Shown: positions 42,281 to 55,405 of the stretch, piece after piece
How positions within the stretch are numbered: the stretch's first letter is position 1
Layout of the letters: each line of letters starts with the position of its first letter
DNA from: the human T2T-CHM13v2.0 reference genome, Homo sapiens
Reading direction: 5' to 3' (one strand)
Length of the DNA: 64,000 nt
Assembly: GCF_009914755.1 (NCBI RefSeq)
Contig: NC_060933.1
Position numbers and translations under genes: made by a program
The notes under the pieces: generated by a model
The model's input: the letters and a program-made list of their open reading frames with translations, nothing else
The model's database searches: none
Told to the model about the DNA's origin: nothing

Positions 42281-42756
42281 TTAACATTGGGTCAGGAATG
42301 CCATAATATTAATTTGTGGGAAGGGAGAGACTCCCCAGTTTAGCCTCGAATCCAGTCTTCTACACGGAGTACTTTTAGTAGAGGTAGGATTTGCAGGGGA
42401 GGGTAGTTTTTGCAGTAAGTGGCCGAATTGCCTGGCCTGCCCAGGAAAGGGTGAAGCTCCCAATATTGCCGTTTTCAAATGATTGGAGGGGTTGTAAACT
42501 TCTGGCCTCTTCTTGCCTAGTTGAATTCTGGTCTCAGTAGAGTGGTAGAAAGGTGAATGTTATCACCAGGAAGACTTTCCGTAGGCAATTGAGTTCAGAG
42601 AGGGAGAGTAAGTAGATTTAGATTTACTTGTATCAGATTCCAGAGAGTTCCTGTACTTCTGATAAATGGCAAGAAATGAGCTAGTGGTAGACTGATTCAT
42701 GGGCCAGTGTGAGGAAATACTAGATTTCTTCGGGTATATTTGGAGATTGGAAGCTC
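42281..42756 (-). other. Candidate terminal coding exon or pseudo-exon of an unidentified gene
   Basis: Acceptor ttttcccccctcttag|GA; one frame open for 158 codons apart from TGA-TAA at 42560-42565; higher GC and CpG than the flanks; no repeat recognised. Confidence 0.4.
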
Positions 42757-43761
42757 CTAAGAGGGGGGAAAATTACTTCCTGTTAAATGTTTTAAATGGA
42801 ACAGAAAGGCTAATGGAACTTTATTTTGATCTTCTAATTGTAAAACCTTTTACATATTGAGGCTTTTGATATTTTTTACATAGTGAGGCTTTTGATATTT
42901 TTATTTGAAATAGGTGTTGAAAATACTCTTTCTAATTTTTTAATTGTCAGTCCTATGGAATTTTACAAAGATTTTATCTGGTATTAAAATAGTAGTATCT
43001 ATTACTATTTTCTTTTACGGTTTCTTATTTTGCTTTTATACATTGAGAAACCATTGCAGCTTAATTTTTTCTTTCTTTTTTTAAACAAAATTATTTGTAA
43101 GTTATTAAGCTGTTTATCTAAATAAATGACAAAAAGGAGATACATTTTATTTTATCTCTAAATATAACTGAAACAAAGAGTTTTGTTTTCATAAAGCTTG
43201 TGAAATTCTCCCCATTTCCGGTTAGTGACTTATAAAGTAAAATTATAAAAAGTAAATTATGTATGCAATTTTCTCAAAAATTTAAATTATTTTACTGATA
43301 ATATTGATTTCATCAAATCACCTCTTACAAACCTGAGGTATATTGATACCTATATCTCAGAGTAAATTCAGGACACATTGTAAATTTTTACCGCATTTTT
43401 CAAGTAGATGAGAATCATCATTAGTGTAGATATAAATGAGATCACGACATATCCAATAAAATAATCAAAGAAGGTTAAAATTTGAGCTTAATGATAATAA
43501 GCAAATATTGGACTTCTTGGAAAGAAATAAAAATGTATTGACTAAAAAGATAAATATCAATAATTTTATTCAAGTTAAAAAATTATACTTACTGTATAAA
43601 ACAAAGTGCTACACAATAATTATTATTCAAAGTACAGAACATATCATTCTAGAGGGTGTGTGGGGGGGGTAGTAAACTCTCCTGTATCCAATAATTTTTA
43701 CAAGAAGTTTTGAAATAAAAACAAATGTAATTCTTATATATAATCAATGTGTAAAGGATAC

Positions 43762-44056
43762 TTTTTTTGTTGTTTTTTATGAGTCAGAGTCTCACTCTGT
43801 TGACCAGGCTGGATTGCAGTGATAGAGTCTCATCTCACTGCAACCTCCGCCTCTGGCATTCAAGCGATTCTCAGCCTCCTGAGTAGCTGGGATTACAGGC
43901 ACATGCCACCATGCCCAGCTAATTTTTGTATTTTTTTGGTAGAGACGGGGTTTCACTGTGTTGGCCAGTCTGGTCTCGAACTCCTGGCCTAGAGTGATCT
44001 GCCCATCTTGGCCTCCAGAGTGCTGGGATTATAGGCATGAGCCACCACACCTGGCC
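43762..44056 (-). mobile_element. Full-length AluS
   Basis: Antisense dimeric Alu; TSD aaggatac(t/a)ttttt at 43754 and 44057. Confidence 0.95.
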
Positions 44057-45415
44057 AAGGATACATTTTTGAAGCTACAGTGATAACCAGGAATGAAGTA
44101 TTAGAGTTGTAACCTCATTAATTAAACTGTACAATTTTTGTTTTTAAGAAAAGTGACCATTTGCTGGTCTAAAGGAATTGAAGTAAGACTTCATATCATT
44201 ATGGCTAGTGAAAATACCAAGGAACTTTAAATGAGAGAAATACAATTAATTTTCTTATACGGTAGTAGATGTTGCCTGTAAAAACAGCTGAGCCTAACTG
44301 AAATGATTAGAGGTAACAAAAGAAATATATGCATTTGTAAATTATTTTCACCTATAAACAGTAAATTTCATTATATACCACTTATTATATGTATATTGTG
44401 ATATTGTGATAAAAGTAGTATTTGCATTATCATGGAAATCTAACAATTTTCATTTTCACTGTCTCTTGACAGTAGTTTAATGTTTTAATATTTAATTCCC
44501 ATTACAACTCCTCAACGCTCTTTCCAATTTCTGTCTCTTTCCTCAAAAATCCAAACGCCCTGTTTTCTCTCACTTTCTGTATATATTGTACATACACAAT
44601 ATATATACCGCTTTATGGATTCATCCACCTTTATGGATTTATTATAGCAAAAATGCCTGAAAATTCCTGAATTAATTGTATGTCCATTTAAAATTTTCTG
44701 TCTGTTTTCACTCATCCCATTTTTTAGCTTTAACATATGTATCTCTGCTATACTCCTTCTTACTCTCTTTCAGGAGATCTTGTTTTCAGCTCTATCCTCT
44801 CTTGCATCATTAGCTTTTATTTCTCTATGATCTTTTACAAAATGTCTGTGTGCCTGCTCCAGTCCCATTCTCCTAAATATCCTTTCTCTCTCATGGTTAA
44901 ATTGCCATCAATCTCTTCCCTTGATTTCACTGTCAGACACATCCAAAGGGCAGTCTGTTGTTGTTTCCATTTCGATATATTTATAAACTAACAACATTTT
45001 TATTGAATTATAACATATGCAGAAATTTGAGTATGTGTTCAACGTGATGAATTTTTAAAAAGGGAGAGACCCATGTAACCAGCACCCAGAGAAATAAATA
45101 GGTATTTTCCAGCACCCCAGAAGCTCCCAACATGTCTTGCTCCTTTCACTACCCCTACCAAAGATAATCACTGTGTTGACATTAAATATCAGAATAATTT
45201 TGCCTGTTTCTGAGCATTTCGTAATAAGCAGAATTATACAGCATGTAGTCTTTTTTTTGTCTAACTTCATTACTGAATGTGTTGTTGTGAGTAACTTGAT
45301 TTATGTTCATTGTTCTATAAAACCCATATGAGAATATACCACAATGTTTTTAGCCATTCTATGGCGATGGGCATTTGGGTTGTTTTAACTTTTGGTTATT
45401 AAGAATAAAGCTGCT

Positions 45416-45528
45416 CGGGAGGCTGAAGCAGGAGAATCACTTGAACCCAGGAGGCAGAGGTTGCATTGAGCTCAGATTGTGCCACTGCACTCCAGCCTGG
45501 CGACAGAGCAAGACGCCATCTCAAAAAA
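45416..45528 (+). mobile_element. 5'-truncated AluS fragment followed by a GGGA-rich tract
   Basis: cgggaggctgaagcaggagaatcacttgaacc...catctcaaaaaa, then a G-rich tract at 45529-45564. Confidence 0.9.
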
Positions 45529-45579
45529 GAAGGAGAGGGAGAGAGGGAGGGGGAGGGGGAGGGAGAATGCTGCTGCTAA

Positions 45580-45826
<247 letters not shown>

Positions 45827-46410
45827 CTAAGGACATTCATGTATATCTTTTGACGATCATGTTGATGCATTTCTGCTGCTTCATTTTTAAGTGTGCCTTT
45901 TGCTGGGTCATAAGGTTAGCATAAGGTCAACTTCAGTGGGTAACTGCAGAACAGTTTTTCAAAGTGGTTGCAACATTTTACTCTCCTATAAGCAGTATAT
46001 GAATTCCTGTTGATCCACATTCTGACCAACATTTAGACATGTATTTTTAATTTCAGCTATTTGAGTGCATTTTTCTAACGGAAGATTTAAATTTTAAATG
46101 CCTTTTTTACATTTTAAATTTGTCTTTTTTTTAAAAGCCATTTTAGTTGTGGGTAGTAATGTCTTGGTGTGATTTTAATTTGCATTTCCATGATGATTTA
46201 ATGAAGTCGAACACATTTCATGTTGATTGACCATTTGAATAACTCTTGTGTGAAGACTGTTCAGTATTTTGCTGTTTTTTTTCCTATTGAATTGTCTTCC
46301 TTTTTCTTAATGATTTGCAGTTCTTTTTAAAGTGTGGATATGAGTTGTTTGTTTGATATATTATTTTTTTCTACCATGTGGTTTTTTCACCTAATTCTCT
46401 TAATAGTGTC

Positions 46411-46722
<312 letters not shown>

Positions 46723-46765
46723 AATAGTGTCTTTTAAGGAACAGAGACTTTTTACTTTTCATTTA

Positions 46766-47374
46766 CTATTTTTTATTTCTCTTTTTATTTTTATTTGTAT
46801 TTTCTATTATACTTCATGTTCTGGGATACATGTGCAGAACGTGCAGGTTTGTAAGAGAGGTATACATGTGCCATGGTGCTTTGCTGCACCCATCAACCCA
46901 TCATCTACACTAGGAATTTCTCCTAATGCTTTCCCTCCCCTAGTCCCCCACCCCCCGACAGGGCCCAGTGTGTGATGTTTCCCTCCCTGTGTCCATGTGT
47001 TCTCATTGTTCAACTCCCACTTATGAGTGAGAATATGCAGTGCTTGGTTTTCTGTTACTGTGTTAGTTTGCTGAGAATGATGGTTTCCAGCTTTATCCAT
47101 GTCCCTGCAAAGGACATCAACTCGTCCTTTTTTTATGGCTGCATAGTATTCCATGGTGTATATGTGCCACATTTTCTTTATCCAGTCTATCATTGATGTG
47201 CATTTGGGTTGATTCCAAGTCTTTGCTATTGTGAACAGTGCCACAATAAACATATGTGTGCATGGGTCTTTATAGTAGAATGATTTATAATCCTTTGGGT
47301 ATATACCCAGTACTATTCCTTCTGAAACTATTCCAAACAATAGAAAAAGAGGGACTCCTCCCTAACTCATTTTA
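46766..47374 (-). mobile_element. LINE-1 L1PA7-like 3' end with a short inverted 5' piece
   Basis: Antisense 3' part to 47312; sense ORF2 piece 47310-47374 (FLLKLFQTIEKEGLLPNSF); TSD ttttacttttcattta at 46750-46765 and 47370-47385. Confidence 0.94.
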
Positions 47375-47672
47375 CTTTTCATTTATGCTTCATAATATTT
47401 GCATCTTGTTTAAAAATTTTTTTTTCCTACCACAATCATGAAGATATTTGCTAGCATTTCATTCCTAAAGCTTTATTATCATGCCATTTACATGTAAATC
47501 TCTGACATTTTTTTTTGGTGTATTTTGTGATATATGATCAAGATTTTTTTTTCTTTGAATGCCACATGCAGGGCAAATTAAAAAAATATTCCACAAAAAC
47601 ATCCAATTGGCTCAGACTATTTTTGAAAAAGAACATTCTTTCCTTACTGCCCTACAGTGTTAAGAATATCAC

Positions 47673-48164
47673 TGTGGCAGGCAGCCTCCAAGATGGCTCT
47701 CCACAACCCCCTCCTTCAATATTCACATTCTTGTATAATGCCCTCCTAAATTGTGTCAGACTGAGTCGGAGGGACAAATAAGGTTTAGCAGAAATAATAG
47801 TATGTCTTTTCTCATATTAAGCTATGAAAGACTGTGCTTTCCATTTTGGGCACCCTCTCATTTGTTCTCTTTCTCTTACGGCATTTGCTGGAGGAAACCA
47901 GCTACTATGAAGGCTTATGAGAGACCCATGTGATAAAGAGCTGAAGCCTCCTACCGAATAAGACCTGAGTGAGGTTGGAAGTGTGTACTGCAGCCCTGAA
48001 GCTGTCAGCTTGACTGCAACCTCAAGAGAGACCCTAAGCCAGAACCACCCAGCTAAGCTGCTCCAGAATTTCCGACTTAAAGAAACTGTGTGAGATGATA
48101 AATGTATGCTTTATAAGCTGCCACATTTTGCAAAAATTTGTTAAGCAAATATATGACAACTACA
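47673..48164 (+). mobile_element. MLT1F-type MaLR solo LTR
   Basis: tgtggcaggcagcctccaagatggc...gaccctaagccagaaccacccagctaagctgctcc...taca; 5-bp TSD atcac at 47668-47672 and 48165-48169. Confidence 0.9.
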
Positions 48165-49344
48165 ATCACCAAATGACTATATGTTAGTTTATTTATGGAC
48201 TCTCTTCTGCTCCATTGGTCTATTTTTTTCTCTCGTTGTATCGCCACTACACTGAATAATTATCATATTATTAAAATAAATCTCTTTATCTGATAATGTA
48301 AGTACTCAGATGTTGTTGTTCTCCCAGATTGCCTTTGGTATTCCTGCCCTTTTAAATTTTCATACGGATTTTAGAAGCAGCTCATCAATTTTCATATACT
48401 CACAAATACACACACACACACACAGAAACAAGATATCTGCAGTGACTTTGATAGGGATTTAATTGAATCGATGGATTAATTGGGCAGAATTGACACATTT
48501 AAAACGCTAAGTAGTCTAAATCATTAACATCCCTCAGTTTAATTAGGTCTTTAAAAAATATCTACCAATATTGCTTAGTGCTATAAATTGTAGAAATCTT
48601 ATTCGTTTAAAAAGTTTTAAAATTCTATTGAAATAAAAATACGTCAACTTTTTTTCTAACTTTTTGGCTGTTACATAGAAATACAAGTATATTCTATTAC
48701 CTCATGTCAGTTATTATTATAATTCTAATAGTTTTTCTTGTAAATTCCTTTGAGTTTTCTATATATACAATCACATTGTCTACCAAAAAAAGTGACAATT
48801 TTATTTCTTCCTTTCAAATTCATATTTTTTATGCCACTGTCCAGGACCTTGGTTCAATTTGTAAAAGAGGTGTTATACTGCACATAGGTTTATTTCTCTT
48901 TATCTCTATTATTTTCAATATCCAAGGGAAATATTTTAACTCATCAATATATGATGTTTGATGTAGTTTTTTTCTTTGGTCAATATCCTTTATCATATCA
49001 AAGACATTGCCTTTTATTCTCCTATGAGTTCTTAATCATGAATAGATGATATTCATTTTTGTCAAGTAATTTTTCTGTATCTATTGAAATATTCACGTTT
49101 CATTCTTTTTCTGTTCCTGTTTATAGTGATGAATTTCAATGGTTGACTTGCTTATAATTTTATATTTTTCAAACATTTTTATAAAAGAAAATTCAATCAT
49201 ACAAATAAGTCAAAAGAATTTTACAAGGAACACCCATATTCCTACCACCTACATTTTATAATTAAGATGATCCTATAATTGCTTCATCACATAACTATCC
49301 CTCTATCCATTCATCACTCCATCATTTGAGAAGACGATTCCTGA

Positions 49345-49681
49345 GACCGGGCATGGTGACTCACGCCTGTAATCCCAGCACTTTGGGAGGCCAAGGCAGG
49401 CAGATCACTAGAGGTCAAGAGTTCGAGACCAGCCTGGCCAACGCAATGAAACCCCACCTCTACTAAAAATACAAAAGGTACCCCGGTATGGTGACAGGCA
49501 CCTGTAATCCCAGCTACTGGGGAGGCTGGGGCACGAGAATCACTTGAACCCAGGAGGCGGAGGTTGCAGTGAGCTGAGATTGCAGCACTGAATTCTAGCC
49601 TGGGTGACAGAGCCAGACTCAGTCTCAAACAAAAACAAAAACAAAAATGAAAACATAAACAAAAAAAAAAAGGAAAAGAAA
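49345..49681 (+). mobile_element. Full-length AluS
   Basis: Dimeric Alu with long A-rich tail; degenerate TSD agaagacgattcctga / agaaaatgattactga. Confidence 0.95.
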
Positions 49682-49912
49682 AGAAAATGATTACTGAATG
49701 TTCAACCAATCCTGGACTAAATTCCACTTGGTTTAATGTGTTATCACTTCTTATATTTCCGGAGTAATTTACCATTATTTTGTTAGGCATTTGCACCTAC
49801 GTTTGGAAATCACTTCTACGTTTATTTTGTCTGTAATATTCTTGTGAGGTTTTGTGACTTAAGATATGTTAACCTCATGAAATGAGTTCTCCAGTGTTCC
49901 CTTTTCTTTGAA

Positions 49913-50011
49913 AAGAATATATAGATTCTCTGATAAGAATATATAGATTCTCGGATAAGAATATATAGATTCTCGGATAAGAATATATTCTCTGATAAGG
50001 ATATACAGATT
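49913..50011. repeat. 22-bp minisatellite, ~4.5 units
   Basis: aagaatatatagattctc(t/g)gat x3, one 18-bp deleted unit, one partial unit. Confidence 0.93.
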
Positions 50012-51804
50012 GGTGGTACTTTAAAAAAAAAACATTTGAGGGGAAATTCAGTGATATAATTAGCTGGCATTGGAGTTTTTATGGGGAAGTTTTATAATAA
50101 TGAACTCAATTTATTTAATAAACATAACTACTTAGGATTTCTTTTTCAGTTTAAGTAGGTTGTGTTTTTCAAAAAATTTGTCTTTCTCTAAATTTTCAGC
50201 TTTAATGGGATAAAGTTATTCATAATATCTTTCTATTGAGATTTTAATGTCTGTGGTATCATTAGTGATGTCACATTTTTCTTTTTTGTATTCATAATCT
50301 GTGGTTTCTTTTGACAACACTTGGCTTTGTTTTGTTTCATTGCCCTTTTGTTTTCTGTGTTTTTTTTTTATTTATTCTCTACCTTTATTTCCTTCTTTTA
50401 GTTTCTTAGGTTTGATTTTCTATTTGTTATCTTTAATCTTAAGTTTCATTTCTAATAAGTGTATTTAAAACTAAAAATTTTCCTCTAAGCACTGCTTTAG
50501 ATATATTCTACAAATTTTGCCATAAGAGATTATGATTATCCAGTCCAAAACATTACTTACTTCTTTTGTAATTTCTACTGTGAAAAATGGGCTGATTTCT
50601 GTGATTAATAAAGTAAACTGAATAATTTTATATTTGTTAGGTTTGTTTTATGACCCATACTATTATCAGTTTGATGAATGTTCCATGAACACCTCAAAAA
50701 AATTAATATATTGTTATTTGTTGATAAAACATTATTTAATATAATTAGTTCTAGTTTAGTAAATATAAAATTGTACTGTTAGAAATTATACAATTTCATT
50801 TTTTCCAGCTTTCCCTGGAAGTAGTGTTTAACATCTGTCTCTCTGATTGTGAATTTGTCTTGTCCTCCTTTTAATTTTTTCATTTTTGCTTTATTTATTT
50901 TGAAGTGATATTATTGGATACAGGCAGATTTAGAACTGTTAAATATTTCCAATAGAATGATCTCTTTGCCATTTCAAATATTTTCTTTTATCTTTAATAA
51001 TACTTCTTTACTTGGAGTTTTCTTTAATATTACCATAGTTTCAACTGTTTGGTTTATTTTTCTGTGTTCTTGTTGTTAATATTTGCAGAGTATCTTTTTT
51101 CACCCTTTTATTTTCCATCTTTATATGCTTTATATTTAAGGTATGTTTCAGGTAAGTGGAAAATTGACACTTTTTTTCCTTTTAATTGAACTATTTTATT
51201 TTTAACTGAATTAACAATGGTGTGTTGGTTTATATCTACCATCAAACTGTTTGTTTGCTATTTGACCCACAGTTTGGAGTTTCATTTTTCTTCCATTTCT
51301 TTTTACATATTAATCAATGTATTTTATTGTTCCATATAGTTCAATTAGATTAGTTACATCAAAAGTGTTTTTGTATGTTAACATTAGGGATTGCAGTATG
51401 CATCCTCAATTTATTACGTTCTGATACAAATTATTATGTTCCACTTGCTCAATACACTAGTTCCTTAGAACCATTTACTTCTACTCATTCTCCTCCTGCT
51501 TTTGCACGATTGTTGTCAAATACAAACTTTGACTTATATTTTAGTTTCCACAGGTTATTACTGTTACTGTTTTGTATTGTCATTTCTTATTTTACATTAT
51601 TTACATATTTACTCTTTCCATTAAACTCCATTTCTTTCTGAATTTATGTGTTTTCTTCTGAGTTCATTTTCACTCTGCTTTCAGTATTTGTTTTATTAAA
51701 ACTATGCTAAAAACAAAATTTCTAGGGGTTTTCAGTCTGAAAACATATTTATTTTTCTACCATTATTAGAACTATGTTTTCAGTAGACATAGGTATCTTT
51801 CTAA

Positions 51805-54770
51805 AATTTTATTGTATATACTAAGGTGTACAATATGATATACTGATATACATATGTATATAGAGAGAAAGGTTACTACAGTCAAGCATGTTAACATAGC
51901 CATCATCTCACATAGCCATATATGTATGTGCGTGTGTGTGTGTGTGTGTGTGTTTGTGTGTGTATAGTGGTAACAGCACCTAAAATCTTCTTTCTTAACA
52001 TATTTCTAGTAGACAATAGTATTAACTATAGTTCTATTCTGTACATTAGAGCTCTAGACTTATTCATCCTAAAGAACTGCAACTCTATACTCTTTTTATC
52101 TGTATCTCTCCATCTCCCTGCCCCCTACTCTGGTAACTACTGTTTTTTCTATTTTTGTGTACTCAACTTTTTGATATTGTCATTGCATATTGCAGTATCT
52201 TCATCCTTTTTGAGGACTAATAATATTTCATCATATTTATAAACCACAATTTCTTTATCCATTCACCCATCAACAGATACTTAGGTTGTTTCCATATCTT
52301 GGCTACTGTGAATAATGCTGCAATAAAAATGAGAATATCTTTGGTGAGATATCCAGTGAAAGGGATATTGGGTAAAATGTTAGCTCTGTTTTTAATGTTT
52401 TGAGGAACTTCCATACTGTTTTTCATAGTGTCTGAAATAATTTACATTGCCATGAGTAATGCACAAGGGATCTTTTTTTCTCCACATCCCTGTCATCACT
52501 TGTTATCTCTTCTCATTTTGACAATAAGTACCCTAACAGGTCCAAGGGAATTTGTTCCCAAGGTTTTGATTTGCTTTTTCTTGGTGATTATTGATGTTGA
52601 GCCCTTTTCATATACTTGTTGGTCATTTCTATGACTTCTTCGGAGAAATGTTTATTCAGCTCCTTGGTGCATTTTTAAATTGGGTTATTTATTTATTTCA
52701 CTATTGAGTTATGTGAATTTCTTATATATTTTGGATATTAACCTTCTATCAGATATATGGTTCAAACGTATTTTCTCCCAATCCACAGACACCCTTTTCA
52801 TTTTCTTGGCTGTTTCCTTTGCTGTGCAGAAGCTTTTTAGTTTGATGTAGTCCCACTTCCTTTTCTGTTTTTGTGGCCTGGTCTTTTGGTGTGATATCAA
52901 AAACAATCATTGCCAAAGCCAACATCAAGGAGCTTTTTCCCTGTGTTTTCCTCAAGGAATTTTATAGTTTCATGTGTTATGTTTAGGTCTTTAATCCATT
53001 TTTAGTCTAACTTTGTGTATAGTGTAAGATAAAGGCCCAGATATGAACAGACACTTCTCAAAAGAAGACATTTATGCAGCCAACAGACACATGAAAAATG
53101 GTCATCACCACTGGCCATCAGAGAAATGCAAATCAAAACCACAATGAGATAGCATCTCACACCAGTTAGAATGGCGATCATTAAAAAGTCAGGAAACAAC
53201 AGGTGCTGGAGAGGATGTGGAGAAATAGGAACACTTTTACACTGTTGGTGGGACTGTAAACTAGTTCAACCATTGTGGAAGACATTGTGGCAATTCCTCA
53301 AGGATCTAGAACTAGAAATACCATTTAACCCACCCATCCCATTACTGGGTATATACCCAAAGGATTATAAATCATGCTGCTATAAAGATACATGCACACG
53401 TATGTTTAGTGCGGCACTGTTCACGATAGCAAAGACTTGGAACCAACCCAAATGTCCATCAATGATAGGCTGGATTAAGAAAATGTGGCACATATACACC
53501 ATGGAATACTATGCAGCCATGAAAAAGGATGAGTTCATGTCCTTTGTAGGGACGTGGATGAAGCTGGAAACCATCATTCTCAGCAATCTATCGCAAGGAC
53601 AAAAAAACCAAACACTGCATATTCTCACGCATAGGTGGGAATTGAACAATGAGAACACTTGGACACAGGAAGAGGAACATCACACACCGGGGCCTGTCAT
53701 GGGACTGGGGGAGAGGGGAGGGATAGCATTAGGAGATATACCTAATGTAAATGACAAGTTAATGGGTGCAGCATACCAACATGGCGCATGTATACATGTG
53801 TAACAAACCTGCACGTTGTGCACATGTACCCTAGAGCTTAAAGTATAGTAAAAAAAAAAAGTCATATTAGACTTTAAAAAGAAAAAAAAGATAAAGGCCC
53901 AATTTTATTCTTTTGTACATGAATATCCAGTTTTTTAACACCATGTCTTGAAGAGACTATATATTTTCAAACAATAGAAGTAGAGGGAATACTTCCAATT
54001 TCATTCTATAATGGCCTGATACCTGAATTCTATGATATTCATTCCTGATACCAAATCCAGACAAAACACCACAAGATAAGAAAATTGTATGTCAATACCT
54101 TTGATGACTACAGTTGCAAAAATTTTCAATAAAAAGCAGCAAACTGAATTAAGCAGATGTTTATCAAAAAGATTAAACATTATGTCAAGTTGAATTCATC
54201 CCTAAGATGCAAGGTTGTTTTAATATATGCCAATCAATCAATGTGATACATCCTATTAACAGAATGTAAGATTAAAACCACTTAATCATCTCAATAAATA
54301 CATGAAAATAATTTGACAAACGTCAATGACCTTTCTTGAAAAAAACTCTCAGCAATTTAGGTATAGAAGGAAATTTCCTCAATATAGCAAAGACCATTTA
54401 TAAAAAGTGTACAACTAACATCACAACTAATGGGGAAAAACTAAAAACTTTTCCCCTAAGATCAGGTACAAGGCAAGGATGGCCAATCTCACAATTTCCA
54501 TTCAACATAGTACTAGAAGTACTAGTAAGAACAATCAGGCAAGGAAAGAAATAAAGGGCATCCAGATAGGAGAGGAAGAAGTAAAATTTTTCTTATTTAC
54601 AGATAGCCTGATCCTATAAGTAGAAAACTCTAAAGACTCCTCCTACATACACACAAAAACTCATTAAAACTAATAAATAAATATGGTAAAGTTGCAGTCT
54701 ACAAAATCGACAAGCAAAAATCATTTACATTTCTTTACATCATTAATGACCTATCTGAAAGAAAATTAAG
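51805..54770 (-). mobile_element. L1MA8-10-like element with inverted 5' arm, interrupted by an L1PA
   Basis: Antisense 3'UTR/ORF2 at 51805-53039 and 53902-~53963, then sense RT-region ORF2 at ~53966-54770 (KTLSNLGIEGNFL...FPLRSGTRQG); (TG)n at ~51928-51963. Confidence 0.8.
53040..53887 (+). mobile_element. 5'-truncated LINE-1, L1PA5-like
   Basis: ORF 53171..53803 is the ORF2 C-terminus; TSD aagataaaggccca at 53026-53039 and 53888-53901. Confidence 0.96.
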
Positions 54771-54932
54771 TGTGCATATATCAATTTGATTTTTTTCAGC
54801 CCTCTTGATATATTATTCAATTTGGTCTACTCCTGTCAAAAAATACAAAACAAAACAAACAGACAAAGAGAGAATAGCAAAAATCATTGACAAAATGCAT
54901 CCCACTTTAATCTACCTTTCTCTGTTTCATAA

Positions 54933-55405
<473 letters not shown>

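Noticed and set aside
49314-49796. 160-aa ORF and similar Alu-frame ORFs (19681, 29230, 40695, 46334, 54996)
   Set aside because: Typical antisense-Alu translations (SLALSPRLE..., GLELLTS...)
49913-50011. CRISPR-like direct repeats
   Set aside because: Units are head-to-tail with no spacers, there are no cas genes, and the context is eukaryotic
53171-53803. 210-aa ORF as a host gene
   Set aside because: L1 ORF2 C-terminus frameshifted into the 3'UTR
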